From Acidobacteriota bacterium (GTDB lineage: Bacteria > Acidobacteriota > UBA890 > WLXD01): 64,000 bases of DNA. The notes under the pieces were generated by a model, which was given only the letters and a program-made list of their open reading frames with translations, was not told the origin of the DNA and searched no databases. The position numbers and the translations under genes were made by a program. Location: contig CBDFKD010000002.1 in the NCBI GenBank assembly GCA_965248695.1, positions 4,768,001 to 4,832,000 of the forward strand, written 5' to 3'. Each line of letters begins with the position of its first letter. Position 1 is the first letter of the stretch. Of this stretch, positions 59,751-64,000 are shown one piece after another.

Positions 59751-61145
59751 ATGGCGACGTACGGCTGGCTGTCGATCGTTCCTCCGATCCTGGCCATCGT
59801 GCTGGCACTGCGGACGCGTCAGGTGCACCTGTCGCTGTTCGCCGGGATCTGGATAGGGGCGACGATTCTCGCGGAGTTCAACCCTGTCGCCGGCGCTGCA
59901 GGTGCTGTCGAACAACTGGTGCAGGTGATCACCGACGCCGGCAACGCGCGTACGCTCATGTTCACGTTGATGGTCGGCGCCCTGATCGCGTTGTTGCGTG
60001 AGTCGGGCGGCGTTGCCGGATTCGCGGAATGGGCGGTGGCGCGCGGCTGGGTGCGCGGCAGGCGCTCGGCGCAGTTGGTCTCGGCGCTCCTTGGAGTGGC
60101 GATCTTCATCGAATCCAACATTACCTGCCTGGTGACCGGGACCGTCTCGCGCCCGCTCTATGATCGCGTCGGTCTGTCGCGCGCCAAGCTGGCATACATC
60201 TGCGACTCGACCTCGGCACCCATCTGCATATTGATACCGATCAATGCCTGGGGCGCGCTGATCGTCGGCTTGCTTGCCGCCGAGGGGCTTGCTGACCCGG
60301 TCGGGGTATTGGTCGCGGCTATCCCGCTGAATTTCTACGCTCTGCTGGCGCTCGCAACGGTGTTCGCGGTGGCCGCGAGCGGGCGCGACTACGGGCCGAT
60401 GGCAAGAGCCGAGGCCGCGGCGGCCGCAGGCGGTAGCGGTCCCGAGGGGCCGACGATCGACCTGGATGACGGCGCACCGGAAGCCGGAAGGAAGGCGCGC
60501 AACCTGATATTGCCGGTCGTGGTGACCGTCCTGATGGTGCCGTTTGTCCTGTACCTCACCGGGAACGGTGATTGGCGGTCAGGCTCGGGGTCTACCGCCG
60601 TGCTGTGGGCAACCTCGAGCGGCGTGCTGGCGGCGATGCTGCTGTACCGCGTACAGAGCCTGTTCTCGTTCGTCGAGATGACCGAGACTGCCATGCGCGG
60701 TTTCCAGGAGCTTGTTCCGGTGGCGGCGATTCTGGCCCTCGCGCTCGGGATCGGGGCAACATGTAGCGCTCTCGGCACCGGTCCCTGGGTGGCCTCGATC
60801 GCCGCCCCGCTATTGACGCCGGCTACCGTGGCGCCGGTCGTTTTCATCACCGGTTGTGTGATCGCCTTCTCCACCGGCAGCTCGTGGGGCACGTTTGCCA
60901 TTCTGATACCGATCGCCGTGCCGCTGGCGCTGCAGAGCGGCTCCTCGGTGCCGCTGGCCGTCGCGGCGGTGATGGGCGGCGGGATCTTCGGCGATCATTG
61001 CTCTCCGATCTCGGATACGACCGTGATCTCGTCGATGTCTGCCGGGTGCGATCATATCGAGCACGTCACCACCCAGATTCCGTATGCGCTCGTCGGCGGA
61101 GGAGCGGCGGTGGTGCTGTACTTTGTAGCAGGCTTGGTGGTCTAG
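59751..61145 (+). CDS. Na+/H+ antiporter NhaC family transporter
   Basis: GWLSIVPP, LAYICDSTSAP, FSTGSSWGTF, GDHCSPISDTTVISS, HVTTQIPYA. Confidence 0.9.
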   Translation: MATYGWLSIVPPILAIVLALRTRQVHLSLFAGIWIGATILAEFNPVAGAAGAVEQLVQVITDAGNARTLMFTLMVGALIALLRESGGVAGFAEWAVARGWVRGRRSAQLVSALLGVAIFIESNITCLVTGTVSRPLYDRVGLSRAKLAYICDSTSAPICILIPINAWGALIVGLLAAEGLADPVGVLVAAIPLNFYALLALATVFAVAASGRDYGPMARAEAAAAAGGSGPEGPTIDLDDGAPEAGRKARNLILPVVVTVLMVPFVLYLTGNGDWRSGSGSTAVLWATSSGVLAAMLLYRVQSLFSFVEMTETAMRGFQELVPVAAILALALGIGATCSALGTGPWVASIAAPLLTPATVAPVVFITGCVIAFSTGSSWGTFAILIPIAVPLALQSGSSVPLAVAAVMGGGIFGDHCSPISDTTVISSMSAGCDHIEHVTTQIPYALVGGGAAVVLYFVAGLVV

Positions 61146-61201
61146 CTCGTAGAAAAACCAGAACCGCCAGACGGTTCCCATGGCCCGCTAGCTGGCGTCA
61201 A

Positions 61202-61606
61202 ATGGCCCGCTTTCATATCGGACGCGACAACTGGTTTCTGGTGATCCCGACGGTGATCCTCGGGCTTGTCAGCCTGTACACTATCAACCGCATGTATCGG
61301 GCCGGGGACATCCGGCGCTCCATCGAGGTCGTCACGACCTTCGAGGCAGGTGGTCAGGCCCCGCTGGGGGAGTACATCGCCGTCGACGAGGGCGATCTCA
61401 GTTGCACCGCCGAAATGCTGTCGAGCTTCTACGGAACCCTCGACGTGCACTGCGTGCCGCGCAACACTGGAATCAATTACCGCTGGCGGGTGCACGTCGG
61501 ACAGCGGTCGTTCGCTCCGATGAACGGCGGCACAAAGGCGCTCATGGAGCGCTACGCTCCGGAAGTCTTTGCCGAGGACCGGATCGAGGGAGAAGATGGC
61601 GGCTGA
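61202..61606 (+). CDS. Hypothetical membrane-anchored protein
   Basis: ATG at 61202, single TM, overlaps start of next gene, coding-like composition. Confidence 0.65.
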   Translation: MARFHIGRDNWFLVIPTVILGLVSLYTINRMYRAGDIRRSIEVVTTFEAGGQAPLGEYIAVDEGDLSCTAEMLSSFYGTLDVHCVPRNTGINYRWRVHVGQRSFAPMNGGTKALMERYAPEVFAEDRIEGEDGG

Positions 61607-62888
61607 TCCACGCCTGCAGACAACGCTCGACAACGGCCTCCGGGTGCTCGTGCAACCGCTCCACAACGCGCCGCTGGTGTCGGTGTGGTGCTGGTACCAC
61701 GTCGGCTCCAAGAACGAGGTGCCCGGTCTGACCGGTGCCTCGCACTTCGCCGAGCACATGAACTTCAAGGGCACACCGGGTATCTCGCGCGAGGATCTGA
61801 AGGTCTGGATCGAACGCGCCGGGGGCAGCTGGAACGGGTACACCTGGATCGATCAGACGACGTACTTCGAGACACTGGCCGCCGACGAGCTCGATCTGGC
61901 CCTGCGCATCGAGGCCGACCGCATGACGGAGTGCGTTTACGAGCCGTCGGAGTTCGAGTCGGAGCGCACGGTGGTGCTCGCCGAGATGCATGGCAACAGC
62001 AACAGCCCCGAGTACCTGCTCGACATCGACGTCACCGCAGCGGCGTTCCGTATGCATCCGTATCGTTGGCCCACCATCGGCTGGCAGAGCGATCTGGAGG
62101 CGATGACCCGTGACCAGCTCTACGCCCACTACAAGAACTACTACCACCCGGGCAACGCCACGCTGGTGATCGTCGGTGACGTCGACGCCGCGGCGGCGGT
62201 CGACGCAGCCCGGCATCACTTCGGGGACATTCCGTCGACCGAGACGCCGGCGTACGACGAGATACGCGAACCGCGCCAGGACAGTGAGCGCCGGGTTGTG
62301 GTCGAGCGGCCCGGCACGGCCACCTACCTGCAGGTGGTATATCCGGCGCCAGCGTTCCCTGACCCCGACTTCGTGCCCTTGCTGGTGGCCGACGCTTTGC
62401 TGTCGGGTGGCAAGGGGATCAATCTGTGGAGCGGGGGGTTCGGTCGCAGCGCGCGCATCACCTCACCGCTCTACGGGGCTCTCGTGGAGAGCGAGCTGGT
62501 CGTGTCGATCAGTTCGGCGGTGCTGCCGACGGAGGAACCGTACCTGTATGGCTTCTCGGCGACGCTGCGGGACGGCGTGGAGCCGCGCGCCGCGGAGAGT
62601 GCCCTGGTGGACTCGGTGGAAGGGCTGGCGGCGCGTGACGTCGACGATCGAGCGCTCCGCAAGGCGAAGAACCAGGTGCTGTCGGCTCTGGCGTTCGAGT
62701 CCGAGCGCGTCACCGACGTAGCGCATCAGCTCGGCTACTTCGCCACCATAGCGAGTCTCGAGGCGTTGGACGCGGTGCCCGGCAGCGTGGAGGCGACGAC
62801 CGTCGAGGAGGTTCGGCGCGTCGCCGCTCGATACCTGATTCCGGAAGGGCGCACGGTGGGTTGGTTCGTGCCGCGAGGCGACGCATGA
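61596..62888 (+). CDS. M16 (pitrilysin-like) peptidase, catalytic subunit
   Basis: LDNGLRV, YHVGSKNE, HFAEHMNFKG (HxxEH), YYHPGNA. Confidence 0.92.
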   Translation: MAADPRLQTTLDNGLRVLVQPLHNAPLVSVWCWYHVGSKNEVPGLTGASHFAEHMNFKGTPGISREDLKVWIERAGGSWNGYTWIDQTTYFETLAADELDLALRIEADRMTECVYEPSEFESERTVVLAEMHGNSNSPEYLLDIDVTAAAFRMHPYRWPTIGWQSDLEAMTRDQLYAHYKNYYHPGNATLVIVGDVDAAAAVDAARHHFGDIPSTETPAYDEIREPRQDSERRVVVERPGTATYLQVVYPAPAFPDPDFVPLLVADALLSGGKGINLWSGGFGRSARITSPLYGALVESELVVSISSAVLPTEEPYLYGFSATLRDGVEPRAAESALVDSVEGLAARDVDDRALRKAKNQVLSALAFESERVTDVAHQLGYFATIASLEALDAVPGSVEATTVEEVRRVAARYLIPEGRTVGWFVPRGDA

Positions 62889-64000
62889 GGAGACCTGAGG
62901 CCACTCGCACCGAGCTCGACAACGGCCTCGTGATCATGCACCAGGCCAACCACGCGTCGCCGGCTGTCACCGTCAGCCTGAGCGTGGCCGCCGGTGCCTG
63001 CTTCGAGACGCCGGCACAGGCCGGCTTGGCGACCCTGATGGCGCGAGGGCTGATGCGCGGCACGGAGCTCCGAGACAAGACCGCGGTGGGCGAGGTGCTC
63101 GATTTTCGTGGAGCTCACCTGGGCGGCAGCGCCGGCCGGCATACTGCCGGCATGGTCGCCAAGTCGCGTGCCGAAGACCTGCCGGAGGTGATGGCACTGC
63201 TGGCGGAGTGCTCCCGGCGACCGACGTTTCCGGACGTCGAGGTCGGCAAGCTCGTCGGCGACCGCCTGACCGCCCTTCGGGAGGATCTCGATGACCCGGC
63301 CGTCATGGCGATGCACGGCCTGCGCGAGCTCGTCTACCCCGAAGAACACCCGTACGTGTCGCGGCTGGCGGGTACCGAGGCATCCGTGGCAGACATCGGA
63401 GCCGACGATCTACGAGCCTTCCATGCGCGTTTCTTCGGTCCGTCCGCGGCGCTTCTGGTGATCGCCGGCAATGTCGAAGCCGAGGCGGCCCTGTCGATCG
63501 CGCAGGACGCCTTCGACGACTGGACGGACGACGAACCGCGCGGCGGCTACCGCCAGGCGCAAAGCGACGTTGTCGACGTGGCGCCACTTCCCGAGGTTCG
63601 ACGGCACGTCGACCCGATGCCCGACAAGGCCCAGGTGGACATAGCGCTGGGGCATGCCTCGATCCGACGTGCTGATGATCGCTACTACGCCGCCTCCCTG
63701 ATGAACATGATCCTCGGACGTTTCGCGATGGGGGGCCGGCTAGGACGCTCAGTACGCGAAGAGCGCGGTATGGCGTACTACACGTACAGCGCGCTCGGCG
63801 GTGGACTCGGACCGGCGCCGTTCGTAGTTCGCGCCGGCGTGCAGCCGCAACATGTCGAGGATGCCGTCGACGCGGTGCTGGCAGAGATCCGACGCATCCG
63901 TACCGAAACGGTCGACGCCGACGAGCTCGACAACGCCAAAGCCGCCACCGTGCGTGCCCTGCCGCGGGCGCTCGAAAGCAACGAAGGCATGGCCGGCCTG
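62885..64000 (+). CDS. M16 peptidase partner subunit (non-catalytic; 3' end outside window)
   Basis: ATGA coupling; LDNGLVI, GLATLMARGLMRGT without HxxEH, RLGRSVREERGMAYY (R/Y pair); open to window end. Confidence 0.88.
   Translation, partial: MRRPEATRTELDNGLVIMHQANHASPAVTVSLSVAAGACFETPAQAGLATLMARGLMRGTELRDKTAVGEVLDFRGAHLGGSAGRHTAGMVAKSRAEDLPEVMALLAECSRRPTFPDVEVGKLVGDRLTALREDLDDPAVMAMHGLRELVYPEEHPYVSRLAGTEASVADIGADDLRAFHARFFGPSAALLVIAGNVEAEAALSIAQDAFDDWTDDEPRGGYRQAQSDVVDVAPLPEVRRHVDPMPDKAQVDIALGHASIRRADDRYYAASLMNMILGRFAMGGRLGRSVREERGMAYYTYSALGGGLGPAPFVVRAGVQPQHVEDAVDAVLAEIRRIRTETVDADELDNAKAATVRALPRALESNEGMAGL

Overview
High-GC bacterial chromosomal segment (roughly two-thirds G+C by eye), densely coding. 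Gene content (PD40-amidohydrolase, CRTAC1/ASPIC-type protein, PadR module, GspG-like pilin, FN3 repeats, CocE/NonD) suggests an Acidobacteriota-like genome or MAG; this is inference only. The left ~37 kb is accessory catabolic/secreted content: an SDR, an amidohydrolase-APC permease-cyclodeaminase operon, a Tat flavoprotein with IorAB-type molybdo-enzyme, an itaconate/methylsuccinate-type CoA cluster, hydantoinase A/B, a PadR module with a perfect 17-bp operator palindrome, and secreted hydrolases. The right ~27 kb is mostly housekeeping: an orphan ketosynthase, ftsB-eno, a Cys/Met PLP enzyme, an agmatinase-like gene, a CDF transporter, moeB, an aroDE fusion, trpEGDCFBA-chorismate mutase-DAHP synthase, bioY-sucCD, a rhomboid, NhaC and an M16 peptidase pair. 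Most notable signals: (1) a candidate Trp/Tyr-rich leader peptide before the aromatic superoperon; (2) a 175-bp CTAG-flanked MITE-like element with perfect terminal inverted repeats; (3) a recurring pattern of 'hollowed-out' genes that keep both termini but lack their middles; (4) a secreted kinase-like protein and an orphan ketosynthase with a large insertion. No rRNA, tRNA, CRISPR array, transposase or phage genes were recognised. All product calls come from motif recognition, not database searches.
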